IMG/VR virus record: IMGVR_UViG_3300007735_001031
Coordinates: 8,349-72,348 of that record
Length of the DNA stretch: 64,000 bases
Reading direction: 5' to 3' (one strand)
From: a virus
The position numbers and the translations under genes are program-made. Shown here in pieces: positions 53,153 to 61,991 of the stretch. The stretch's first letter is position 1. Each line of letters begins with the position of its first letter. The notes below the pieces were generated by a model. That model did not search any database. It was not told the DNA's origin and was given only the letters and a program-made list of their open reading frames with translations.

Positions 53153-55009
53153 TTATTTAATTTCACAAGCGCCACCAGCACAAGCCAATTCATTTTGTAG
53201 GTCTGTATTATCGTCCATTTCAAGAACGTGTGTTAGATCGACATTCTTTAAGGATTCAAATAATCTATCAAAAGTTTCTTTATCACAATCCTCAAATGGA
53301 GCTTGTTTGTAAGAGCCTCCGTCAAATGGAAGAACACTTAATCCAGTATATGAATCACGATTTTCCCACATCCATTCACCAACTTCTGCCCACTCATTAT
53401 CTTTGATTGATACTGTGGCTGAAACATTGTGAGTATTTTGACCTTTAACATGTCCTGGTTTTACCCAGCGACTATGAATGTCCTTTACTCTCTTAAGCAT
53501 TTCTATGGCGCTTTCCGTTCTCATGGTGGCACCTTCTGGGGCCTTTTGTGGAACCGAAATAACCGCTGTATCATGTGGGCGGAAATATTCATCTTCAACC
53601 AACTCTGGATGATTGTCTAGTAGATATTTGTATATTGCTTCATTCTTACCAACGCGAATACGGCGAATATAGTAATCATTATGCCAAGCGTGGACACCGC
53701 TAGAAGTTCCAAGGATTAAACTAGTTGTGCCTGAAGGCTTTACAGTCGTAACTCTTGCGGCTGGATTAATACCTAACAAAGCGGCCACTCTTTTATTTTC
53801 TTCAACGGCAACCTTGGCTGCCTTTTCCATATCCAAGTTTTGGACTTTATTGGAGGCAATACCAGTCATACCGATACCCAATAGAGCTTCTTTCTCTGTT
53901 GTTCTTCTCCAAATATCACGGAGATAATGGAAATCAGTATAAGAAGCTTGTAGTGTGCCAATAAAAGCAGCTGCCTTAACTCTTGCCTCATAATCTTCCT
54001 GACTTACTAGGTCGCTTACATTGACCTCGCAAAGATTACAGAACTGATTGCTTCTCAAAGCAATCTCAGCGCACGGGTTAGTTCCCCATTCTTTATCATT
54101 TGTAAAGAAAATTCCTGGTTCGCCAGCACCGGAGGACTTAATTCTTTCCCATAGGTCCATAAAGTATTCTTTGGTTATTCTGTGTCTTAGAATAACTGCT
54201 GAATTATTTGCTCTACCTCTTTGTGGTTGAGTTTCCCACCAAGCACCAGACTTGGCTGCGATCATATCATCGTCATCTGCGCTAAATAAACAGATAAGAG
54301 CAGAACGTCTGATTCCGCCTGCCAATACGGCATCTGCGATAAAGCAGACGATATCATGTACTTCAATTGGCTGTAATTTATCTCCATCTTCTTTGCCCTC
54401 CAAGATACCTTCTAGTTTAATTAGGCATTCTTTAAGTGGTTGTGGTCCGGGTGCTTTACCGCCAGCGGTTACCAACCTTGCTCCCTTTGGACGAATATCG
54501 CTGAAATCAAAGGTGAGTTTTGAGCCGCCCTCAAAGTAAGAACGCATTAGAGCTTTAACAGCATCAGCCCAACCTTCAATATTATCGGCAACCAAGAAAC
54601 GGCGATTTCTCTTTGGATTTGGCTTACGAATCTCTGGTAGTTTCTCTACATGATGTTTTTGAACTGAATAACCCACGCCGGTTCCGCCGAGAAGAAGAAA
54701 CATGATTTCACTAAATGCTCTTGTATCATCTAGGGCGACAAAAGAACAATTGAAGATTCTGGTTGGGTTTACCTCAATTGGTCTGCCGCCGAATTGCATT
54801 GAACGCATGGAAGGAAGAACTTTACGATCAAATACAAAGTTGTAAGCAGCTCTGATTTCGTCAGCTAGTTCAGGAAACTTAGTGATATGCATGTTCATAT
54901 TTCTACGAACAGTATCTTCGTAGCTTTCCCTGCGTAGTTCTTGCTTGATATAGCGAGCATACTTCATGTGGTGAGTAATATCGCTAAGAATTTTTTGTGA
55001 AATATCCAT
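53153..55009 (-). CDS. nrdJ: class II (B12-dependent) ribonucleotide reductase
   Basis: NC, GGIRRSA, TNPCAEI, CNL, T.KPSGT, C-terminal CAGGAC. Confidence 0.93.
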   Translation of the reverse strand: MDISQKILSDITHHMKYARYIKQELRRESYEDTVRRNMNMHITKFPELADEIRAAYNFVFDRKVLPSMRSMQFGGRPIEVNPTRIFNCSFVALDDTRAFSEIMFLLLGGTGVGYSVQKHHVEKLPEIRKPNPKRNRRFLVADNIEGWADAVKALMRSYFEGGSKLTFDFSDIRPKGARLVTAGGKAPGPQPLKECLIKLEGILEGKEDGDKLQPIEVHDIVCFIADAVLAGGIRRSALICLFSADDDDMIAAKSGAWWETQPQRGRANNSAVILRHRITKEYFMDLWERIKSSGAGEPGIFFTNDKEWGTNPCAEIALRSNQFCNLCEVNVSDLVSQEDYEARVKAAAFIGTLQASYTDFHYLRDIWRRTTEKEALLGIGMTGIASNKVQNLDMEKAAKVAVEENKRVAALLGINPAARVTTVKPSGTTSLILGTSSGVHAWHNDYYIRRIRVGKNEAIYKYLLDNHPELVEDEYFRPHDTAVISVPQKAPEGATMRTESAIEMLKRVKDIHSRWVKPGHVKGQNTHNVSATVSIKDNEWAEVGEWMWENRDSYTGLSVLPFDGGSYKQAPFEDCDKETFDRLFESLKNVDLTHVLEMDDNTDLQNELACAGGACEIK

Positions 55010-55036
55010 TAAGACCTCTAATGTTTAGTGTCAGCT

Positions 55037-55065
55037 AGTATAGTTGATATGTTTTTTTAAGTCAA
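55037..55065 (-). promoter_or_regulatory. sigma70 promoter of nrdJ
   Basis: TTGACT-N17-TATACT. Confidence 0.75.
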
Positions 55066-55066
55066 G

Positions 55067-55795
55067 CTAGAGTTGTCTGAGAAGTTTATTTATCTCTTTT
55101 CTGATTAAGGACTCTTGTTGGCTTCCCGGCGCTCCAGGAACTTTAGGATAAACTTCTCTTTCAGCTTTTCTTTTTTCTTCGGCTTCTTTTTTATCTCTCT
55201 CTATTTCTTCTGGTGTCGGCCCGACTTGAACTTGAATCGGTTTTTCCACTTTTCCACCTGGTCCCTCAAGTGGATTTTTTGGAGCAGCTGCGCCAGCTTG
55301 CTCTTGTGATGCCATATCTTGATCGTGCTTTTGTGTATTTGTAGCATATTGCTCTTTTGACATTTTAGATAAATAATTTGTAAGTAATTTTATTTTACTT
55401 ACTGATTTTAAATCATTGAGAGTCCATTCGTAAGTTTCACCAAATAATGCGTCTGATATTGAGGCAATTGTCGCATTACCAACAATTCCATCAGTTCTCA
55501 AAGGAATTACATTTCCCTTATAAGCTTGTGTGGCCCCTAGTTTTCTTAGTTGTTTTTGCAAATTTATTATTGCTATTGTCTTTGGAGACACAGATTTTTT
55601 TGAAGAAAAATTAGAAGAATCTCTACACCCAGGATCTCCAGGCTGGGTGCATGGACCAAGATCTGGACCAGATTTATCTCCTCTTGTATCTACATTATAG
55701 CTGGCGTCTGCATCTTGTGTTGTATCATCTTCTATTTCTTTCAATACTTTTTTTAATTCTTCTAATATAATTTTTCTTAAGTATTTTGTCGCCAT
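55067..55795 (-). CDS. peptidoglycan-binding-domain protein with leader
   Basis: LQKQLRKLG...DGIVG.AT; YLRKIILEEL leader. Confidence 0.7.
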   Translation of the reverse strand: MATKYLRKIILEELKKVLKEIEDDTTQDADASYNVDTRGDKSGPDLGPCTQPGDPGCRDSSNFSSKKSVSPKTIAIINLQKQLRKLGATQAYKGNVIPLRTDGIVGNATIASISDALFGETYEWTLNDLKSVSKIKLLTNYLSKMSKEQYATNTQKHDQDMASQEQAGAAAPKNPLEGPGGKVEKPIQVQVGPTPEEIERDKKEAEEKRKAEREVYPKVPGAPGSQQESLIRKEINKLLRQL

Positions 55796-55831
55796 TTATG
55801 GTCTCCTAAATGTATTATAAATAGTATCTAA

Positions 55832-57199
55832 TCATTTAGCAGTCCTAAATTTATCAAAGATTTCTTGTTTCTTGTTTCTGGATTTCTTTGGCTTAATTCC
55901 TTCAAGAATATCCTCTGGCTTTGCATCTTCCAATACTTCCATTTTAACTACAGAAGTATCCATATATAGTGGCATCACAATACCATCGGGACCATTTCGA
56001 TTCTTGGCAATAAAGATACGGCCAGAGTTCGTTTTCTTGTCATCCACGGTTCTTGATACTGAGAAGATAAAGTCTGCTACGAAGCACTTGTTAAAAGCCT
56101 CCGAGATTGATTCCATCGTAACCACTTCGGCATTTAGACCAGAACGATTTGTTTGTGAAGCAGTCCATACTGGACAAACAAATTCCATAGCAATAGCTCT
56201 AAGTTCTTCATAGATAGTTTCAAGTTCAGTTCTCTTTTCTTTGTAACGAACAGTTGGATTAAGTAGATCACCATAATCTACAATAATCATATCTACTTTT
56301 TGTCCCGCACTAGCGATTCTTTTAAGATGATTCTTGATTACAGAAGTAGAGGCAGTTTTGGTTGGATATTCTTTAATGATTAGCTTGCCGCGAACATTCT
56401 TAACTTCCTCAAGGATCATTTCCTTTTCGTCCATTAAGTTTGTTAGCGGAACACCAGTTAGGCAGGCATCATAACGGCTCGCAACCACCGTATCTGAGAG
56501 TTCAAGAGTGTAATGAACGACCTGCAAGCCAGCTTTAACTGCCATAGCTCCAAGATGAACCAAGGCCATAGACTTGCCAGCGCCAGTTGGAGCGATAACA
56601 ACACCCAATTCTCCTCTTCCGAGTCCGCCCTGTGTAATACCATCAACACGAACCCAGCCAGTAGAGACAGGATTACGTTCCTTAAGCATGAATCTTTTTT
56701 CGAAATCGAGTTTGTAGTCATATCCGTAATTATTATCAGTTCCAAGTTTAAGAGCAGAAGTTACGATCACACCAATCTCATCAAGAGAGTTAGACTTATT
56801 CATAAGCCCAGCTGACTTAACAAGCGCCTCTTTGATCTTTTGACGACGGCAGAAATCTAGAGAAGTATCTTTAATATAATCTTCATCCTCAATTTCTGGT
56901 GATGCTGTAATACGAGCAAAGTAATCTCTTACTTGCTTATTTAATGCTTCGTTATCCTCTTCAAGTTCAGTTCTAAGAACCGTGTTCATAATACTTGAAG
57001 AAGGATACATATCGTATTTATCACGATAATCAAACAGCTTCTTACAAAAGAGCTGAATATACTTTAATTCGAAGAAGTTTAGGTCAAGAACTTCTCTAAG
57101 CTGATCGGCAAATTGACGATCTTGAAACATCAATTGTGCTAGCTTTTCTTGGAAATTCTTACCAAACTTTGAAAAATCTAGTTGGTTATTCTGACTCAT
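55832..57199 (-). CDS. replicative helicase (DnaB/gp41-like)
   Basis: APTGAGKS, TLE, IIVDY, TASQTNR, KNRNG. Confidence 0.93.
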   Translation of the reverse strand: MSQNNQLDFSKFGKNFQEKLAQLMFQDRQFADQLREVLDLNFFELKYIQLFCKKLFDYRDKYDMYPSSSIMNTVLRTELEEDNEALNKQVRDYFARITASPEIEDEDYIKDTSLDFCRRQKIKEALVKSAGLMNKSNSLDEIGVIVTSALKLGTDNNYGYDYKLDFEKRFMLKERNPVSTGWVRVDGITQGGLGRGELGVVIAPTGAGKSMALVHLGAMAVKAGLQVVHYTLELSDTVVASRYDACLTGVPLTNLMDEKEMILEEVKNVRGKLIIKEYPTKTASTSVIKNHLKRIASAGQKVDMIIVDYGDLLNPTVRYKEKRTELETIYEELRAIAMEFVCPVWTASQTNRSGLNAEVVTMESISEAFNKCFVADFIFSVSRTVDDKKTNSGRIFIAKNRNGPDGIVMPLYMDTSVVKMEVLEDAKPEDILEGIKPKKSRNKKQEIFDKFRTAK

Positions 57200-58157
57200 T
57201 CTTTACCTTTGATGTAATTGAAATCATATTTAGATTCGCAAACAATTCTGTCCAAGAGAAATTACCAGTTCCGTCTTCCATCATCATTTTACGAAGATTG
57301 GTTTTATTGAATGACGCTGGGTAATTATCAATAATATCTCTGATTTTCTCTCTTACTCCGATTGATAGAGACGGAGCGTACAGCTGCATCATATCATAAT
57401 TATCTTTGATAAGGCTTTCTGCTTCTAGAATTGAATTGTGAAACGTTAATGGCTTGGCTTCATTCTTACATGAATCCATAATTTCGGTCAATAGAACAGA
57501 TTTGCCTTCTTTTAACTGCGGGAATCTCTTAGCGATCGTCTTAAGACCAACGCCCTTTGCACCCGGTAGATTATCAGAGGCATCACCCACCACGGATCTT
57601 GCCACTGCAAAGTTTGTTGGATGGATATTATACTCATTTACCACCTTTTCAACGTCATACACTTCTTCTTTACATGGACGGTATAAGAATGTATTAGCGT
57701 CTAGCAATTGTAAAAAGTCCTTATCGTTCGAAATGATTGTCTTTTTATCATTTGGCAACTCTCTACAAAGAACGGAAATAGCGTCGTCTGCTTCCACGAA
57801 ATCAAGATAGATCTGAGCGATAGGCATTTCATTTAGATACTCAACTACTCGTCCATATTGCCAATAACGATTTTCTTTCTCATCCTGCTCTGATAGATCG
57901 CCAAAGTTTCGGTTAAGACGAATTGGCTTTCTGCCTTCTTTATAGTTGTTATTAATTGCTCTGCGTCGAATGGCTGATTTTGGACCGTCCCAACAAAAGA
58001 ATATCTTGTCTGGGTTGTTTTCCCTAACAAGCTTTTGAAGCATTTTAAAAGATCCTTTAACTCCACCTGTGGGCTGTCCGTTTGGACCGAGCGAAGGATC
58101 CATCATATAGGCTCTGAAAAATAGATTCAGGCCATCAATTAACATTATATTACTCAT
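57186..58157 (-). CDS. 5'-3' exonuclease (RNase H/FEN family)
   Basis: LIDG.N, WDG, YK.GR, EADD, S.DKDF.Q, GD.SDN.PG. Confidence 0.93.
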   Translation of the reverse strand: MSNIMLIDGLNLFFRAYMMDPSLGPNGQPTGGVKGSFKMLQKLVRENNPDKIFFCWDGPKSAIRRRAINNNYKEGRKPIRLNRNFGDLSEQDEKENRYWQYGRVVEYLNEMPIAQIYLDFVEADDAISVLCRELPNDKKTIISNDKDFLQLLDANTFLYRPCKEEVYDVEKVVNEYNIHPTNFAVARSVVGDASDNLPGAKGVGLKTIAKRFPQLKEGKSVLLTEIMDSCKNEAKPLTFHNSILEAESLIKDNYDMMQLYAPSLSIGVREKIRDIIDNYPASFNKTNLRKMMMEDGTGNFSWTELFANLNMISITSKVKNESE

Positions 58158-58443
58158 TATTTTTCTCCGGTATGGCCCATAGAAAATCTGGATTTTGAAC
58201 TTGTCTATTGTCGTTCTTATCAATAAGAGCTTTTAGAGCATCTAAAACAAATCTCTCAAAATGTTTATCGCTCCACTTCTTTAATCCAAAAACTTGTTTA
58301 TATTCTTTCTTAAACCCTTCCGGTAGATCAAAGATAACTTTTGCTGATCCATCACTTTGATCTTCAACATCTACTACTTTTAAACTTGTGAAAATTTTTG
58401 ATTTAGCTAGTTTGTCTAGCTGCATTTTATCGGTATCTATCAT
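58150..58443 (-). CDS. hypothetical protein
   Basis: SD GGAGG before ATG 58443. Confidence 0.7.
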   Translation of the reverse strand: MIDTDKMQLDKLAKSKIFTSLKVVDVEDQSDGSAKVIFDLPEGFKKEYKQVFGLKKWSDKHFERFVLDALKALIDKNDNRQVQNPDFLWAIPEKNNE

Positions 58444-58460
58444 TTGTCCTCCAAATAAGA

Positions 58461-58505
58461 AACCCAAGGTGAATCCATTATAGACCAACCTTGGGTTCTC
58501 GTCAA
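58461..58505 (-). promoter_or_regulatory. sigma70 promoter with -10 in a terminator-like hairpin loop
   Basis: TTGACG-N17-TATAAT; stem arms 58461-58470 and 58488-58497. Confidence 0.75.
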
Positions 58506-58514
58506 GGACTTAAA

Positions 58515-59954
58515 TTATATTACTTTCTTTGCCGTGTCTTTAACTAATCTTTCAAAGAGATTTGATGCTGTCTTTTCTCTTGTTCTATCTAGCCAATTCT
58601 TGGATTCAGCCAAGCCGCCAGCAGCTTCTTCTGGTTCGGCTTGAGCCAATGTACCCTTTTCAATTTTTTTCTTACCAAATCTTGCTTTGCATTTTGCAAG
58701 ATCATATCCTGCAATTGTTCCACCTCGCACGCCCGCTGTCCCGGCTACTAAAACAAGCGCACATGCTGTTCTTGGGCCAGCACAAGCGTCTGGGTTTCCA
58801 AGAGAAGAACCTAACTCATTTTTTAATTTAGCCGCATACTTTCCACCATTTTGGGCTTGGAAATCATATAAAGCAGATTCTGTTGCTGGACCAAATGTTC
58901 CACTTTGATCGGTCATTCCTTTATATTTAAATCCTCTACTTCTATCTGCCTCACCAGTTTCTTTAAAATGATAATATTTCAAAGCTCTTTGTATGCTTTC
59001 TACTTCTGGACCGCTGGTTACTCCGTTGAAGCCAACGAATCCTTTAGCTTGAGAGCCTGGTTTGCATCCTGGGTACTTCTTTATTTCTTTTTCTTCTGCG
59101 CAACCTGTTTTTTGTCCTGGCTTACAAGGAGGAACACATTTTGGAGGCTGAAGATTGGGGTGATCTTTGCATTTTGGCACACAATTTATAATTTGTGGTC
59201 CTTTACAAATAATTTGCGCTGTAAGTTTAACGCAACGCCCGTCCAACAAAAATTCTCCAGGAGGACAAGTTTCTGGGCCTGGTTTTACATCTGGTGGTTT
59301 TGGTTGTGGTGTTGGACCAGTACTAATAGAGAATGTTTTTGCTGCTTTCCAGATTCTTTCCGCCTGACCGCGAACTATACTTCTCCAAAATTGATCCAAT
59401 TTTGCTATTTCTGAATTTGGATAGAGTAGGCCCTGTGGAACTTTTCCAGTTATTTCTATTGCTTTGGCAGCTGCTGGGTTTGTTAATTTATAGTATTCAT
59501 AGACAAATTGAAAAGATTTTTCTGGAGAGCCAGTATTTTCTCCAGCAGACGGTTTACCTTTAACACCGCTCCATTCTCCGGGGCCGCTTCTTGGATCAAT
59601 TGTCTGCAACAATACTGCCAAAGCATGTCCAACATCTTCAGCAGCATTAACGCCGGTACGATCATTAATAATTCTATCAAATGCAGCTGCGGCAGTTTTT
59701 GTGTCTTTTACTTTTGATAAAATAGATCGATATGATGGATTATCAGTTAATTGCGATTTCATAAGCGCAAAAATAGCCGTGGCTGTAATGCCGATTGGAA
59801 CTCCTATGCCAGACATAACTCCAGCGCCAGTAGCTGCTGATCCTACTAAAGCACCAGTGGCACCAGCTGCAATACCACCGGCCCCTGGGCCTCCAACTTC
59901 TTCGTTTAATAATTTTTTAATTTCACTTAAAATCTGACTTCTTAATGATGACAT
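58515..59954 (-). CDS. protein with leader, Gly-rich hydrophobic segment, Cys/Pro linker and PG-binding domain
   Basis: GPEVESIQRAL...G.FGPATESALYDFQ; ACTATTTA upstream. Confidence 0.7.
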   Translation of the reverse strand: MSSLRSQILSEIKKLLNEEVGGPGAGGIAAGATGALVGSAATGAGVMSGIGVPIGITATAIFALMKSQLTDNPSYRSILSKVKDTKTAAAAFDRIINDRTGVNAAEDVGHALAVLLQTIDPRSGPGEWSGVKGKPSAGENTGSPEKSFQFVYEYYKLTNPAAAKAIEITGKVPQGLLYPNSEIAKLDQFWRSIVRGQAERIWKAAKTFSISTGPTPQPKPPDVKPGPETCPPGEFLLDGRCVKLTAQIICKGPQIINCVPKCKDHPNLQPPKCVPPCKPGQKTGCAEEKEIKKYPGCKPGSQAKGFVGFNGVTSGPEVESIQRALKYYHFKETGEADRSRGFKYKGMTDQSGTFGPATESALYDFQAQNGGKYAAKLKNELGSSLGNPDACAGPRTACALVLVAGTAGVRGGTIAGYDLAKCKARFGKKKIEKGTLAQAEPEEAAGGLAESKNWLDRTREKTASNLFERLVKDTAKKVI

Positions 59955-60006
59955 TTTTGTTCTCCTGCAACACTACAATTAAATAGTATATGGGGGAGCA
60001 AAAATC

Positions 60007-61161
60007 CTATTCTTCTGTGTAATCAATATCAGGCTCTTCTTCTCCATCAATATTATAGAAATTAGAAGCGCTTCCTTCTCTTGAATCAAACTTCTGAATT
60101 ACTTCATTATCCATAATTTTGATAACCTCTGCTTTAAACTCGGGATCTTTTAGCATTTCTAACCATTTGGTTGTTTGGAATTTGACTTCCTTGCCAGAGT
60201 CAAAAATAAGAGTATACCAAGCGCCAGTTTGCTTAACTTGTTCTGAATTTTTGATAGCTTCGAACCAACTTTCTTCATCTTGGACTGCGATTTCATCTCC
60301 ACCCCACATAATCTTAAAGGTACATTCTCTACCTTGAGTTCCAAAACGAGATTTTTCAATCTTTGCTTTGACTTCGTTGCCTACTCTAAATCCTGCATCA
60401 TTAAGTATGTAGCTCGCTTTACCTTTTCTAGCTGTTAGCCAGATTCTTAATGAATAGGCATAAGCCAATGCTTTACCACCAGGAGTAAAATAAGGACTTA
60501 ATAGTGCTTCTTGTGGGCTTCTGGTAATATTTGTTTTTAACTGATTGAGACAGAGAAGAGTGCTGCCGCTGTTTGCTAGAGGCTGAATGAGTTTAGAAAA
60601 TGCTTTAGATAAAATTCTTGGTTTAACAGCCATAGAACTCTGCGGGTCGAAGTCTCCTTCTACATCTGTCTCGGTTGGGGTAAAAGCAATCGAGTCCCAA
60701 ATAAACATCATCTTACTTTGGTTATTAGCTAATAGCTCTTCAATTGTCTCTAATACAAATTCTACTGATCTAGCCTGAACATAGAGTAATCTACTAATAT
60801 CAACACCGGCATTCGTCATAAAGTCAGAGGCAATAGCAGATTCGGAGTCGAAATAGATTACATCAACTCCTTTCTTTTGGGCGTTAGCTGCTATCTGTGC
60901 TGCCATATATGATTTACCCGCAGCTTCTAGTCCTGCTAGTTCTACGATTTTACCCATAGGAATACCAGCTAGCTTACCGCGACAGATAATAGAATCTAGC
61001 CAACGAGAACCAGTTGGTATCCAATCTTCAACGTCAGTTGGGTTTGTTTCTTCAAGAGAGTATGCGACAACAGAACCAGCCTTCTTGTTGAGAAGCTCTC
61101 TCATCTGATCAATTGATATTCTACCTTTTGTTTCTTTTTCTTTCTTTTTTACATTAGCCAT
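60007..61161 (-). CDS. recA: RecA/UvsX recombinase
   Basis: G.EAAGKS, DSE, WDS, NQ, TPGG.AL. Confidence 0.93.
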   Translation of the reverse strand: MANVKKKEKETKGRISIDQMRELLNKKAGSVVAYSLEETNPTDVEDWIPTGSRWLDSIICRGKLAGIPMGKIVELAGLEAAGKSYMAAQIAANAQKKGVDVIYFDSESAIASDFMTNAGVDISRLLYVQARSVEFVLETIEELLANNQSKMMFIWDSIAFTPTETDVEGDFDPQSSMAVKPRILSKAFSKLIQPLANSGSTLLCLNQLKTNITRSPQEALLSPYFTPGGKALAYAYSLRIWLTARKGKASYILNDAGFRVGNEVKAKIEKSRFGTQGRECTFKIMWGGDEIAVQDEESWFEAIKNSEQVKQTGAWYTLIFDSGKEVKFQTTKWLEMLKDPEFKAEVIKIMDNEVIQKFDSREGSASNFYNIDGEEEPDIDYTEE

Positions 61162-61181
61162 AATTTACTCCAAATAAATAA

Positions 61182-61220
61182 GGGATGGTAGATTCTAGCC
61201 TACCATCCCCCAGAAGTCAA
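61182..61220 (-). promoter_or_regulatory. sigma70 promoter with -10 in a terminator-like hairpin loop
   Basis: TTGACT-N17-TAGAAT; stem arms 61182-61191 and 61200-61209, then U-rich tail. Confidence 0.75.
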
Positions 61221-61223
61221 GGC

Positions 61224-61976
61224 TTATACGCCGAGTCCCTTCAAAGCAGAATCAAGATCCTCTGCTTCGTCGCTGGCCGCATCAGAAACATCACCCCCTT
61301 CATCGCTACCACCCTTTAGGAAACTATCCAAAATCTCGGCAACCTGACTTGCTGTTCTGCGCTCAAAGAGATTATCAAAGTCAGTTCCGTGATTGATAAT
61401 CTCAGTCATCAACTCCTTACGAGAAGCAAGTGGTGAAGCCTTGCGCTTTGGAGTCAAACTGGTCTCGGCAAACAACTTACCGGACTTCTTGGAAGAAGAA
61501 ACTACAAGATCCAAGCCTTCGTCCGGGTCAGTAATATCGCCGTATTCCGGATTAAGCATTAGCTTGAGTAGCTCTTCGTAAATGGTCTTTGAGTAGCCCC
61601 AAAGTTGAACGCCCTTATCTTCGTCGCCACGAACAACAATCGGAGAGAAGAAACGCTGCTTGGCACTAATGTCTTTTGCCATCTTGCGGCTTTCCTCGTC
61701 GCCCTCTTTGTAGAGCTTTGAAACGAGATCACACATCGGGCAGTTCTCGCCAAAGTTCTTCTTCGGACAAAGAACACTTTGAAACTTCTTATCCTCGCTG
61801 CGAAGATAGTGGAAGTAATACTCCTTAAGCGGGTCGCCGTCTTCAGTTGGAACGATACGAATGGTTGAATCGGCATTCTCTACAGGACGCCAATATTGTG
61901 TGGTCTTACCCTTTCCGCCACTTTTGTCGTTGAGTTTGTTGAGTTTTTCGCGCATTTTTTTGATATCAATAGCCAT
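61224..61976 (-). CDS. gp32-like single-stranded DNA-binding protein
   Basis: IR.VP, H..C...CP.C, D.TD...G.D, acidic C-tail. Confidence 0.85.
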   Translation of the reverse strand: MAIDIKKMREKLNKLNDKSGGKGKTTQYWRPVENADSTIRIVPTEDGDPLKEYYFHYLRSEDKKFQSVLCPKKNFGENCPMCDLVSKLYKEGDEESRKMAKDISAKQRFFSPIVVRGDEDKGVQLWGYSKTIYEELLKLMLNPEYGDITDPDEGLDLVVSSSKKSGKLFAETSLTPKRKASPLASRKELMTEIINHGTDFDNLFERRTASQVAEILDSFLKGGSDEGGDVSDAASDEAEDLDSALKGLGV

Positions 61977-61991
61977 TTTTTTATCCTTTGT

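Noticed and set aside
30361-59987. T4-type TATAAATA late promoters on the plus strand
   Set aside because: The plus-strand TAAATAGT copies would point away from the adjacent gene starts; their position fits the minus-strand reading ACTATTTA.
32887-61161. Inteins or introns in dnaE, nrdJ, helicase or recA
   Set aside because: Lengths and motif spacing are normal; no splice motifs or embedded homing endonucleases were seen.
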